Translations under genes and position numbers: made by a program
Shown: positions 1 through 8,693 of the stretch, piece by piece
How positions within the stretch are numbered: the first letter of the stretch is position 1
How the letters are laid out: each line of letters starts with the position of its first letter
Assembly: GCA_013202925.1 (NCBI GenBank)
Contig: JABMRA010000087.1
Location: forward strand, 1 to 57,596
DNA: 57,596 bases
Source of the DNA: Candidatus Omnitrophota bacterium
GTDB lineage: Bacteria; Omnitrophota; Gorgyraeia; Gorgyraeales; Gorgyraeaceae
Reading direction: 5' to 3'
Notes under the pieces: generated by a model
What the model was told of the DNA's origin: nothing
The model's database searches: none
Seen by the model: only the letters and a program-made list of their open reading frames with translations

Positions 1-372
1 GCGATGCCTCAGTATATTTCTACTATTGAAAAGGCCCGCTCAGGCGAGGCAGTAGCCAATATAGGCAGTCTAAGGACATCCCTAGATAGGTATTGGTATC
101 AGAATGCTGGTGCAACTACCGCTGGTGCAACTACCAGTATACCTCTGCTGGATATAGACGACCCGAATAGCGTTACCAATGCGCTGTATAGTTATGCGAT
201 CACATCCAACACCAGTACTGCTTCGGTGAGGACATATGTTATAACAGCGACACGCACCGCCGCAAGTGGCACTATATATACGGTGTCATGGAGGCAGGTA
301 AGTAATATTGAGGGGCAGCTTTACAGGAGCGCGAATCTTGGAGGCCCTGTATACACAGCTCCTTCAGAGTAA
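1..372 (+). CDS. type IV pilin / pseudopilin, 5'-truncated by the window edge
   Basis: Frame 1 is open from nt 1 (GCG ATG CCT CAG TAT = A-M-P-Q-Y). AMPQYISTIEKARSGEA is the end of the conserved pilin N-terminal helix, so the Met at nt 4 is internal. Stop at 370-372. Paralogous to the next ORF (LPMLVKTIEKAKVGEA). Confidence 0.6.
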   Translation, partial: AMPQYISTIEKARSGEAVANIGSLRTSLDRYWYQNAGATTAGATTSIPLLDIDDPNSVTNALYSYAITSNTSTASVRTYVITATRTAASGTIYTVSWRQVSNIEGQLYRSANLGGPVYTAPSE

Positions 373-388
373 TATAGACCCTAATATA

Positions 389-817
389 ATGCAGAGATTC
401 AATATAGTATTCTTTGGCCGCAAGATAGGTTTTACCCTGACAGAGTTATTGGTCGTCGTCGTAATAGTGGCCATACTCGCTACGCTGGCGCTGCCGATGC
501 TTGTCAAGACAATCGAGAAGGCAAAGGTGGGCGAGGCACTAAGCAATCTGAATCTCATCAGGACAGGGCAGAAGATATATTTTTTGGAAAAAGCGTGTTT
601 TTCTGGCGGGGACAACGGCATAGACTTCTTAAATATAGAAGATCCCAATGATGCTACCGCTGCTTATTTTATATATTCAATAACGACAACTGCTGGCGCT
701 ACAGGTGACTTTAATGCCAAGGCTCAGAGGAAAAGTACTGCACCGGACCCTTATGACGACTATTATTATGAGATAGGAAAAGACGGCACTATCACTTCAA
801 ACGGCCCGCTTATTTAA
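389..817 (+). CDS. prepilin-type N-terminal cleavage/methylation domain protein (type IV pilin-like)
   Basis: An internal ATG at 389 gives MQRFNIVFFGRKIGFTLTELLVVVVIVAILATLALP. G/FTLTELLVV is the prepilin peptidase motif followed by the hydrophobic helix. I trimmed the ORF-track start at 308, which overlaps the upstream pilin. Confidence 0.75.
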   Translation: MQRFNIVFFGRKIGFTLTELLVVVVIVAILATLALPMLVKTIEKAKVGEALSNLNLIRTGQKIYFLEKACFSGGDNGIDFLNIEDPNDATAAYFIYSITTTAGATGDFNAKAQRKSTAPDPYDDYYYEIGKDGTITSNGPLI

Positions 818-822
818 TAATC

Positions 823-1881
823 ATGCAATTAAAAGACCTGCTGAACCTGATGGTTGAAAAAAAGGCGTCAGACCTTCATGTTACAGTAGGCCTTGCCCCT
901 CAATTAAGGATAGACGGGCGGCTGCAGATATTAGCCGATTTCCCTCCCCTAACCCCCCAGGATACAAAAGACCTGGCATATAGTATACTCACGGCTGAAC
1001 AGCGGAAAAAATTCGAGCAGGCAAAGGAACTGGATACGTCCATTGGCGTTACAGACCTGGGCCGCTTCAGGATCAATGTATACAAGCAGCGCGGGTCAGT
1101 AGGCATGGCTGTACGCCTTATCCCTTTTAAAGTCCCTGCGCTGGCCGAGCTTGGCCTGCCTAAGGCAGCGACAATATTCGCGGATAAGCCGAGCGGGCTT
1201 GTCCTGATTACAGGCACAACTGGCAGCGGAAAGTCCACCACGCTGGCCAGTATGATAGAATATATAAATTCAAAGCGAGCGTGCCATATAATCTCCATAG
1301 AAGACCCCATAGAGTACCTGCACAGACATAAAAAAAGCACCATAAATCAGAGAGAGCTCGGGACAGACACGACTTCGTTTCAGGATGCGATAAAGCATGT
1401 CTTCAGGCAGGACCCTAATATAGTGCTGATAGGAGAATTGCGTGACCTTGAGACGATCAGGGGGGCGCTGACGCTTGCTGAGACAGGACACCTTATATTT
1501 GCAACGCTTCATACGATAGATGCGGTGCATGCCATAAATAGGGTCGTGGATGTATTTCCTGCGTATCAGCAGCAGCAGATAAGGATGCAGCTTTCAATGG
1601 TGCTGGTGGGTGTCATTGTCCAGCAACTGATCCCCAAAAAGGCAGACAAGGGCAGGGTCCTTGCAGCAGAGGTCATGCATGTCATACCAGCCATACAGAG
1701 TCTCATAAGGGACAACAATCTCCATCAGATATATTCTTTGATTCAAATGGGCAAAAAATATGACATGTGCACCATGAATCAATCGCTGGCCGAACTCTAT
1801 AACAAGGGCTTCGTAACCTGGGAAGAGGTCTATTCTAGAAGCACCAATCCGCAGGAACTAGTGTCCCTCGTCAAAAGATAA
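823..1881 (+). CDS. pilT: type IV pilus twitching-motility ATPase PilT
   Basis: 352 aa. N-terminus ASDLHVTVGLAPQLRIDGRL, Walker A GTTGSGKSTT, the IISIEDPIEY box and IVLIGELRD (Walker B/Asp box) are the typical PilT/PilU layout. Confidence 0.9.
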   Translation: MQLKDLLNLMVEKKASDLHVTVGLAPQLRIDGRLQILADFPPLTPQDTKDLAYSILTAEQRKKFEQAKELDTSIGVTDLGRFRINVYKQRGSVGMAVRLIPFKVPALAELGLPKAATIFADKPSGLVLITGTTGSGKSTTLASMIEYINSKRACHIISIEDPIEYLHRHKKSTINQRELGTDTTSFQDAIKHVFRQDPNIVLIGELRDLETIRGALTLAETGHLIFATLHTIDAVHAINRVVDVFPAYQQQQIRMQLSMVLVGVIVQQLIPKKADKGRVLAAEVMHVIPAIQSLIRDNNLHQIYSLIQMGKKYDMCTMNQSLAELYNKGFVTWEEVYSRSTNPQELVSLVKR

Positions 1882-1882
1882 T

Positions 1883-2275
1883 ATGAATAATCGTAAAGGG
1901 TTGTCCCTTACAGAGATCATAGTATCAGTGCTTATCATTACTATCATGGCAGCAGGCGTGTTCGGCGCTTTTGTAGGGACTGAATATATCTTTAACCGCG
2001 CGAGGCACAGGCTGCAGGCGTTTAATTTTGCAAGAGAGGTGCAGGATAAACTGAGGAGTAATTGCGGATATAATGAGACAGATTATCCAGACATGGACTT
2101 CGGAACACACCCGGCATCGAATATAGGGGTTAGTATATTAGGAGATATGATTCCCTTAGTCGACCCTGAAAAGTTTACATATAAGGTATTTACATATGAT
2201 GAAGATGAAGGATCTAAGGTCGATGGGTATAAAAAAGTAGAGGTCAAGGTCATCTGGGAAGAGACCAGCTTCTAA
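1883..2275 (+). CDS. minor pseudopilin (prepilin-type N-terminal domain protein)
   Basis: N-terminus MNNRKGLSLTEIIVSVLIITIMAAG has the G/LSLTE methylation motif plus a hydrophobic helix. Starts 2 nt after the pilT stop. Confidence 0.65.
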   Translation: MNNRKGLSLTEIIVSVLIITIMAAGVFGAFVGTEYIFNRARHRLQAFNFAREVQDKLRSNCGYNETDYPDMDFGTHPASNIGVSILGDMIPLVDPEKFTYKVFTYDEDEGSKVDGYKKVEVKVIWEETSF

Positions 2276-2281
2276 CGTAGG

Positions 2282-2830
2282 ATGAAGATGGGCAGATTTC
2301 GCAAGAAGCGAGGCATTACACTAGTAGAGATGTTACTGGCAACGCTCCTTATTAGCGTGGTGTTTATGGCAGTGTCTGCCTTGTATATTGCAAGTCAAAG
2401 GTTTTGTCTTACAGCGAATGATAAGGTAATAATTTTATACGAATTGCAATACGCAGCTGACCATGTCTATAAAAACGTAATGACGGGCATAGGTGATAAA
2501 AATAATCCAGCAATTAGTGTAGCTTTAGGAAACTTAGAGTTTAGCGTTAGGCATATTGAAGAGACCGATCCTGCACAGTCACCGACTTATAGTGATTATA
2601 CGGATGACACAAATCTTAGGTACAAGATAGAAGATAATGCGCTTTTATTTGACGGCAATGATGATGGTGACTTTGAAGAATCTCTAGTGTCAAAGATTAC
2701 TGTAGTATCTGATGAGAGCTCTTTTTCCTTGAGCGGAGATACATTGACCATTTCTTTGACAGGTCAATACAATAATCAGAAGCTTACGGTCTACTCTGCA
2801 TGTTATCCGCGTCTCGCCTCATTTAACTAG
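2282..2830 (+). CDS. minor pseudopilin (prepilin-type N-terminal domain protein)
   Basis: N-terminus KKRGITLVEMLLATLLISVVFMAV has the G/ITLVE motif plus a hydrophobic helix. Confidence 0.65.
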   Translation: MKMGRFRKKRGITLVEMLLATLLISVVFMAVSALYIASQRFCLTANDKVIILYELQYAADHVYKNVMTGIGDKNNPAISVALGNLEFSVRHIEETDPAQSPTYSDYTDDTNLRYKIEDNALLFDGNDDGDFEESLVSKITVVSDESSFSLSGDTLTISLTGQYNNQKLTVYSACYPRLASFN

Positions 2831-2865
2831 CCCTCCAAGATTTTGTAGCCTTCTTTTGTTAAAAA

Positions 2866-2874
2866 TGGTATAAT
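2866..2874 (+). promoter_or_regulatory. extended -10 promoter element (TGGTATAAT) upstream of tRNA-Ala
   Basis: TGnTATAAT at 2866-2874. It matches the extended -10 form seen at the other predicted promoters in this window. The -35 is poor (TTGTAG with a 20-nt spacer). Confidence 0.35.
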
Positions 2875-2975
2875 AAAATTTGTTTCATAAATTTTAAGGT
2901 ATTTCAGCAGCTACAATCCTCCTATTCGTCGGATTGTTTAACGCTGCTTCAATATCAAATTTGTTTCACAAATTT

Positions 2976-3051
2976 GGGGCAGTAGTTCAGTTGGGAGAAC
3001 GCTACGTTCGCAACGTAGAGGTCGCGGGTTCGAATCCCGCCTGCTCCACCA
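2976..3051 (+). tRNA. tRNA-Ala (anticodon CGC)
   Basis: Hand-folded cloverleaf: GGGGCAG/TA/GTTC-AGTTGGGA-GAAC/G/CTACG-TTCGCAA-CGTAG/AGGTC/GCGGG-TTCGAAT-CCCGC/CTGCTCC/ACCA. The G3:U70 alanine identity pair is present and CCA is encoded. Confidence 0.9.
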
Positions 3052-3198
3052 ACGTAGTTTATCAAGGGATTTGAAACGAGCGAACGCCGAGCGAATAGCG
3101 AGGAAAAGGCCGCAATCCGCGGCCGGCAGTGAGCGAGGTGAGTCTACGCAGTCCGAGCAATCCGCGAGGGCGAAGTAGACGAATCCCGCCTGCTCCAC
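3052..3198 (+). repeat. tRNA-trailing conserved element, copy A (about 128-nt core plus a 19-nt direct repeat of the tRNA-Ala T-loop-to-acceptor 3' end)
   Basis: CGAATCCCGCCTGCTCCAC at 3031-3049 (inside the tRNA) recurs at 3180-3198. The intervening core aligns almost base-for-base with 18813-18914 downstream of tRNA-Met. It contains the hairpin GGCCGC-AATCC-GCGGCC (3108-3124). Confidence 0.6.
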
Positions 3199-3277
3199 TG
3201 TCCTGCGCTCAAACAGAGTGAATCTTCGCAGCATGCTACGGACGGTAAACCATTAAACATAAAGCGAAGGAAAGATA

Positions 3278-4015
3278 ATGCGGTTTTATGTTCCACCCGA
3301 GTCGATATTTACGGAAAGACGTATCATCGAGATAAAGGACATGGATGAGATACATCATATACGGGATGTGATGCGGCTGAAAAAGGATACCAGTGTAAAT
3401 GTGTTTGACGGCAAAGGCAAGGAATATTCAGGGGATATAAAGAAGATAGACAAGGATTCAGTGGTAATAGAGATCAATGGGGTCGTGGATAACAAAGGTA
3501 TTATCCCATACAAGGCCACGCTTTATCAGGCGATCCCCAAAAAAACCAAGATGGATTTTATAATTGAAAAGGCCGTGGAATTAGGCGCGGATACCATTGT
3601 CCCAATGGTCACCGAAAGGACCATAACAGCCCTTAAAGAAGAGAAGAGATCTGCAAAGGTGGAGCGCTGGAGGAGGGTGGGTAAGGCAGCATCCAAGCAA
3701 TGCGGCAGGGTGGAATTGTCTGAAATAGCAGATGTCACGGAATTTAATAATGCCCTGGAGGCGTCAAAGAAAAACGATCTTGTTATCTTTGCCGCGCTTG
3801 ATAAGGATGCAAGGCCATTGAGATCAATATTGAGAGATTCAAGCCAAAAAAACATAGCGATATTTGTCGGGCCAGAGGGTGACTTTAGCCAGGACGAGAT
3901 CGCCGCGGCCAAGGGGCAGGGATACAGCATCTGTTCTCTGGGGCCGAGGGTCTTAAGGGTGGATACAGCTGCAATATATATACTGTCATGCCTGAATTAT
4001 GAAGGTGCTGTGTGA
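3278..4015 (+). CDS. rsmE: 16S rRNA (uracil1498-N3)-methyltransferase RsmE
   Basis: 245 aa. MRFYVP start, LYQAIPKKTKMDFIIEKAVELGADTIVPM and the C-terminal IFVGPEGDFSQDEI are typical RsmE/SPOUT motifs. Confidence 0.85.
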   Translation: MRFYVPPESIFTERRIIEIKDMDEIHHIRDVMRLKKDTSVNVFDGKGKEYSGDIKKIDKDSVVIEINGVVDNKGIIPYKATLYQAIPKKTKMDFIIEKAVELGADTIVPMVTERTITALKEEKRSAKVERWRRVGKAASKQCGRVELSEIADVTEFNNALEASKKNDLVIFAALDKDARPLRSILRDSSQKNIAIFVGPEGDFSQDEIAAAKGQGYSICSLGPRVLRVDTAAIYILSCLNYEGAV

Positions 4016-5721
4016 TGATGGATGATAGGGCAGCCAGGAAGGACAGATATTTCATTCTTTTTATTTTCCTCGCAGCCTTTTTGGTCAGGATGATCTACAT
4101 TGTCCAGGTCCTGCAGTTCCCGTTGACAGAATATCTTGCCAGGTCTGGTACCTTTGACCAGTATGGTTTTGATAAGGCCGCCTCTTTTATCGCGTCAGGT
4201 AATTGGCTGGGCGGAGAAGGGGTCTTTGGAAAAGAGCCCTTGTATTCGTATTTTTTGGCGTCCATTTATAAGATCTTTGGATACAGCCATTTTGCAGTAT
4301 ATATTGTCCAGTCCCTTTTGACCTCGTTCGGAGTAGTCCTTCTGTATAAAATCACAAGCCAGGTCTTTAATAGGGCCAGTGGTTATATAGCGTCTTTTAT
4401 CATGGCGTTTTATTCCATATCCATTTTTTATGACGCGCTTCTCCTAAGGGCCAGCCTTATCACATTTTTGACAATCCTGACGCTTTATCTTCTTTTAGAA
4501 GCGCGCAGGAAAAAGGGTTACCTCATGTGGCTTTTCTCAGGCATTGCCCTGGGGCTTTCCGTGCTTACGAGGCACAATATACTCCTGCCTTTCATAGTAT
4601 TTTTTATCCTGGTTACAATCAGGCCTTTTAAAAGAGCGATTAAATACGCGGCGGTCTTTATTGCGGGCATGTTCATCGTATTGCTGCCGGTCCTGGCGAG
4701 GAATTATGTTGTATCAGGCACGGGAAAGATCGGCATCTCCAGCGAGATAAATGCATTCTGGGTGGGCAATACGTATAATTCATCAGGCGTGGATTTTGAA
4801 CCCTCTGATCCGGAATATCGCGACCTGGAATTTGGATCAAGGGGGAGTGTGGGGAAGACAGCGCGTCTTTTTTTTATGGAGATAAATAAGAGGCCTGCCC
4901 GCTATTTAAGATTGTATGCCAGGAAGGCATGGATGTTCTTTAATGGATACGAGGCTCCCTCGAATACAAATTATTATCTTTACAGAGAGGAATTTCCAAC
5001 GGTCTTGAGGTGGCCGCTTTTTAGTTTCCGGCTGGTTTGCAGTCTGGCTATACTGGGCATATTGTTGAGTGTGCTCAGGCAAAAAAGGCCTTATCTAGTC
5101 CTTATCTTTCTTGGGGTCCTCAGTGGTTCGGTAATGGTTTTTCATATCCAGTCAAGATTCAGATTGCCCGCAGCCCCATTGTTTATAATATTCTGCTCTT
5201 ACGCTGCCTATTTTATATTTGACAGGATTAAAGAGGGGCGTTTGATAAGGTCTCTGGTGATTGTCGCGCTGGCGATATTTTTTTACGCGCTTTTAAGACC
5301 GGATCTGACATACGCTGGTTTCAGGGATAAAGACGATATTATCAGGCATATTGACAGGACCAACCTTGCGCTGGCGTATATAGATGGTTATAAGATATAC
5401 GGAGATAACGAGGCCTTGAAACTGGCCTTGAGGCAATGCGACCTTGCGATAGAGAAAGAGATGTTTGACTATAGCCCTTATGCCGTCAAGGCACATATAT
5501 ATTTTCTGAAAGATAGATACGATGACTCGATAGACGAATATAAAAAGGCCCTTGTGTATGAGAGTCGCAATCCATTTTTATACAACGAGATAGCGGGTGT
5601 TTATTATAACCAGGGGGCCTATGAGAAGGCGCTGTTGTATGAAAAAAGGGCGCTCTATCTCTTTCCCGAAAACAAGGTCTTTGAAAAGAATCTGGACATG
5701 ATACCCGTATCCAAAAGATGA
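4012..5721 (+). CDS. GT-C fold membrane glycosyltransferase (GT39/ArnT-like) with C-terminal TPR-like repeats
   Basis: About 10 predicted TM helices in the first ~430 aa, with an ArnT/PMT-like N-terminal loop (PLYSYFLASIYKIFGYS). The C-terminal soluble part has TPR-like repeats (AVKAHIYFLKDRYDDSIDEYKKAL, AGVYYNQGAYEKAL). ATGA-type overlap with rsmE. Confidence 0.7.
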   Translation: MMMDDRAARKDRYFILFIFLAAFLVRMIYIVQVLQFPLTEYLARSGTFDQYGFDKAASFIASGNWLGGEGVFGKEPLYSYFLASIYKIFGYSHFAVYIVQSLLTSFGVVLLYKITSQVFNRASGYIASFIMAFYSISIFYDALLLRASLITFLTILTLYLLLEARRKKGYLMWLFSGIALGLSVLTRHNILLPFIVFFILVTIRPFKRAIKYAAVFIAGMFIVLLPVLARNYVVSGTGKIGISSEINAFWVGNTYNSSGVDFEPSDPEYRDLEFGSRGSVGKTARLFFMEINKRPARYLRLYARKAWMFFNGYEAPSNTNYYLYREEFPTVLRWPLFSFRLVCSLAILGILLSVLRQKRPYLVLIFLGVLSGSVMVFHIQSRFRLPAAPLFIIFCSYAAYFIFDRIKEGRLIRSLVIVALAIFFYALLRPDLTYAGFRDKDDIIRHIDRTNLALAYIDGYKIYGDNEALKLALRQCDLAIEKEMFDYSPYAVKAHIYFLKDRYDDSIDEYKKALVYESRNPFLYNEIAGVYYNQGAYEKALLYEKRALYLFPENKVFEKNLDMIPVSKR

Positions 5722-7715
5722 AGATTACCAGAAGGACCCATATCTTATTTATAGCGCTCCTGATAGTGGTTGTTTTTTCGCCCTCTTTAAAGAACGATTT
5801 TGCATGGGACGACAAGTACCTTATAACAAATAATCCTTATGCGAAAAACTGGGCATATCTTCCGCAGATCTTTACCACGCAACTGTACCAGGGCAGTCAG
5901 GTGGAGAGCAATTTTTACAGGCCCATGCAGCTTATTTCCTTTGCAGTAGACCATTCGATCTGGGGACTGAATCCCTTTGGCTATCACCTGACAAATCTGG
6001 CCCTGCATGTATTTAATTCTGTCCTTGTGTATTTTATTTTAATAGCGATCAGCGCCTCGCCTTATCTGGCGCTCTTGACAGCAATGTTTTTTGGCATCTC
6101 GCCTGCAATATCAGGCATTACCTATTATATCTCAGCGCGGTCTGACCTTTTGATGGCCCTGTTTATGTTCTTGTCGTTTTTGTTATTCGGTAGATATGTA
6201 AAGACCAAGGGGCGGGCATTATATATTTTTTCTGTTGTCTCATTCATGATCGCGCTTTTGTGTAAGGAGATGGCAGTGGTATTGTTGATGTTTTTGGGTT
6301 TGGAGATCCTTAGGTCCGGCGAAAAGAAAAGCAGACAATGGCCAGCGCTTTTGCCTTATGTGATAGTCATGTTCTTTTATGGCGCCATCAGGTATTTTAT
6401 TTTAGATTTTTCAGGAAACGCAGACCCCAGTTACACAGCCCATATACCATTATGGGGGCGCATCCTGACAGATTTTAAGATAGTGCCCAAATATCTCGGC
6501 CTGCTTTTATTTCCATACGGGCTGCACATGGAATGGTTTATAGAGCCCGCCAAAAGAATATTTGAAACGAAAGTGCTCTTTTCTTTTGGCCTCATTGTCG
6601 CGCTTGCGTTTATGCTCAGGAGGCTGTGGCGCGCGAACAAGCTGGTTTTGTTTGGCGTGCTCTGGTTTTTATTGGGGCTTGCGCCTGTCTTGAATATCTA
6701 TCCTATATCGGTCTTTTTTGGAGAAGGATGGCTCTATGTCCCGTCCGTAGGGTTCTTCATTGTCCTTGGTATTATTTTTCAGGATGTCATTGCCCCGAGA
6801 GCAGGAAGGGTATTGACTAGGGCCCTGGTAGCGCTGCTACTTGTGTATTATTCCTTCTTTACCATTAGTTATGGAAAGGTCTGGAAGGATTCAGTCAGTT
6901 TGTTCGAGAATGTATTAAAATACGAGAAGAAAAGCCCTTTTATCCACCTCACCTACAATAATATGGCCATGGCTTATTATGATAAAGGAGAGATTGCCGA
7001 ATCGATCGAACACTGCAGGAATAGCATATCCTCGAATCCCAGATATCCGGAGGCATATAACAATCTTGGCGTTGCCTATATGGCAGAGGCAAGGCCTGTC
7101 AGGGCCATGGCCAATTTTAAAAAGGCGATCAGCCTGAAAAAAGACTACACATCCGCCTATTGTAATCTGGCACATGCGTATAAGGGCATGGGCATGACAG
7201 ATAATGCAATCAGGTTTTCAATGGCTGCGATAGATATAGATCCTGATTCTTACGATGCGTATCGCAATCTGGGTTATATCTTTTCAGAGAAGGGCGATGC
7301 GGATAAAGCGATACGATTTTTTACAAAGGCCCGCGAGATCAGAAGAGAATCTTTTGAACCTTATTATTGCCTTGGGAACCTTTATATAAGGAAGAATAGA
7401 TACAAGGCTGCATTGGGCGAGTTCCAGGAGGCGCTGCGGCGCGGCGCAGGGGATTATAAGTTTTATAATGAACTGGCCTTTTTGTACATAAAAAATAACA
7501 GGTTTAAGGAGGCAGAAGGGGCGCTCATGCAGTCTCTGGAATTGAACAGCGACCAGTCAGAGCCGCATAACAATCTGGGCAATCTTTATTCCATGCTTGG
7601 ATATCTTGATCTGGCCATTGACGAATACAGGATGGCGCTCGAGCTAGAGCCTGATAACGCGGAGATGCAGGACAATCTTAGGAAGACAGAGGTTGAACTG
7701 ACGCAGCATCCTTAG
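5718..7715 (+). CDS. TMTC-like membrane glycosyltransferase (DUF1736-type N-domain) fused to multiple TPR repeats
   Basis: N-terminal motif DDKYLITNNPY...FYRPMQLISFAVDHSIWGLNPFGYHLTNLALH is typical of TMTC/PMT_2-like proteins. It has more than 8 TM helices and at least 7 canonical TPRs at the C-terminus (AYNNLGVAYM, AYCNLAHAYKG, AYRNLGYIFSEKGD and others). Confidence 0.7.
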   Translation: MKITRRTHILFIALLIVVVFSPSLKNDFAWDDKYLITNNPYAKNWAYLPQIFTTQLYQGSQVESNFYRPMQLISFAVDHSIWGLNPFGYHLTNLALHVFNSVLVYFILIAISASPYLALLTAMFFGISPAISGITYYISARSDLLMALFMFLSFLLFGRYVKTKGRALYIFSVVSFMIALLCKEMAVVLLMFLGLEILRSGEKKSRQWPALLPYVIVMFFYGAIRYFILDFSGNADPSYTAHIPLWGRILTDFKIVPKYLGLLLFPYGLHMEWFIEPAKRIFETKVLFSFGLIVALAFMLRRLWRANKLVLFGVLWFLLGLAPVLNIYPISVFFGEGWLYVPSVGFFIVLGIIFQDVIAPRAGRVLTRALVALLLVYYSFFTISYGKVWKDSVSLFENVLKYEKKSPFIHLTYNNMAMAYYDKGEIAESIEHCRNSISSNPRYPEAYNNLGVAYMAEARPVRAMANFKKAISLKKDYTSAYCNLAHAYKGMGMTDNAIRFSMAAIDIDPDSYDAYRNLGYIFSEKGDADKAIRFFTKAREIRRESFEPYYCLGNLYIRKNRYKAALGEFQEALRRGAGDYKFYNELAFLYIKNNRFKEAEGALMQSLELNSDQSEPHNNLGNLYSMLGYLDLAIDEYRMALELEPDNAEMQDNLRKTEVELTQHP

Positions 7716-7727
7716 AGGATTGGCAAT

Positions 7728-8693
7728 ATGGATAAGCCGTTTATCTCAATTATAATACCAACGCATAATTCCGCATCAACCCTTGCCGAGACCATAAAGG
7801 GCTGCATGAACCAGGATTATCCCCGGGACAGGCTGGAGATAATAGTGGTTGACGATGGCTCGAAAGACGACACAAAAAAGGTCGTCGAAGGTTTTCCGGT
7901 CAAGTATATTTATCAGAAAAAGGCCGGTCCTGCCTCAGCCAGGAACAATGGCTGGCGCAATTCAAAAGGCCAGGGTCTTTGCTTTATCGACGCTGATTGT
8001 ATACCTTACACCGACTGGGTCTCAAAATTAGCACGCCATTACGATAGAGGCGATATCGACGCAGTGGCCGGCAGTTATGCCGTAGACGGCTGCAGGTATC
8101 TATTGGATAAATCCGTGCATTATGAAATAAAATATAGACATTCAAGGATGCCTGAATATACCAATTCCTTTGGCACGTACAATGTCTTAGTAAAACGTCA
8201 CGTGTTCGAGGCCTTGGGCGGCTTTGACCCCGGGTACTGCAATGCCAGCGGCGAAGACAGCGATCTCGCTTACAGGATCATAAAGGCAGGCCATAAGATA
8301 TATTTTGAGAAGCAGGCGCTTGTCAGTCACCACAATAGCCTAAGGATTTTGAAATATTTTGCAGTCCAGTTCCGGCATAGTTACTGGAGGATGAAGTTAT
8401 ACAGGAAGAGCGCCTCGATGATTACGAGAGATGAATATGGGTACTGGAAGGATTTCGCAGAGTTATTTCTTGTGGCAGGCCTGGCTGTATGCCTGTCGTT
8501 GAATAGCTTTATGCTAGCGGCCTTATTGGCAGCACTGCTCTTTGTCATGCAGCTGCCGCTTTCTGTAAAGGTGTTTTTGGCAGAGAGAGATGTGAGGTAT
8601 CTTATTTTTTCTTTTGTTACCTTTGTCCGCGCCTTTGTGCGTATTCTGGGAGGTATATTTGGGTTTATTACATTCTGGATCATCAAAAGATAA
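7728..8693 (+). CDS. glycosyltransferase family 2
   Basis: ISIIIPTHNSASTL, IIVVDDGSKDDT and the DxD region FIDADC are present, plus a C-terminal TM tail. Confidence 0.85.
   Translation: MDKPFISIIIPTHNSASTLAETIKGCMNQDYPRDRLEIIVVDDGSKDDTKKVVEGFPVKYIYQKKAGPASARNNGWRNSKGQGLCFIDADCIPYTDWVSKLARHYDRGDIDAVAGSYAVDGCRYLLDKSVHYEIKYRHSRMPEYTNSFGTYNVLVKRHVFEALGGFDPGYCNASGEDSDLAYRIIKAGHKIYFEKQALVSHHNSLRILKYFAVQFRHSYWRMKLYRKSASMITRDEYGYWKDFAELFLVAGLAVCLSLNSFMLAALLAALLFVMQLPLSVKVFLAERDVRYLIFSFVTFVRAFVRILGGIFGFITFWIIKR

Noticed and set aside
3052-3179. Group I or group II intron, or a known self-cleaving ribozyme, in or after the tRNAs
   Set aside because: At about 130-146 nt the inserts are far too small for group I/II introns. 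I could not find the hammerhead (CUGAUGA...GAAA) core or any other ribozyme core I know. A complete, foldable tRNA precedes each insert, so splicing is not required. The T-loop-intron idea is kept only as a minor alternative in the findings.
2938-3234. Minus-strand ORF of 98 aa, with its counterpart at 18703-19065 (120 aa), sharing the peptide ALADCS.CV.SPRSL..ADCGLFLA
   Set aside because: Both run antisense straight through tRNA genes and the conserved trailer element. The shared peptide simply mirrors nucleotide conservation. The differences between the copies are mostly non-synonymous, and there is no start context or RBS. I treat the conservation as an RNA/DNA element, not a protein.
8614-8693. 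80-nt overlap between the GT2 gene and the methyltransferase ORF as evidence for programmed frameshifting or a fusion
   Set aside because: It is more simply explained by an over-extended ORF-track start. In-frame TTG (8659) and ATG (8767) starts remove most or all of the overlap, and no slippery heptamer is evident.
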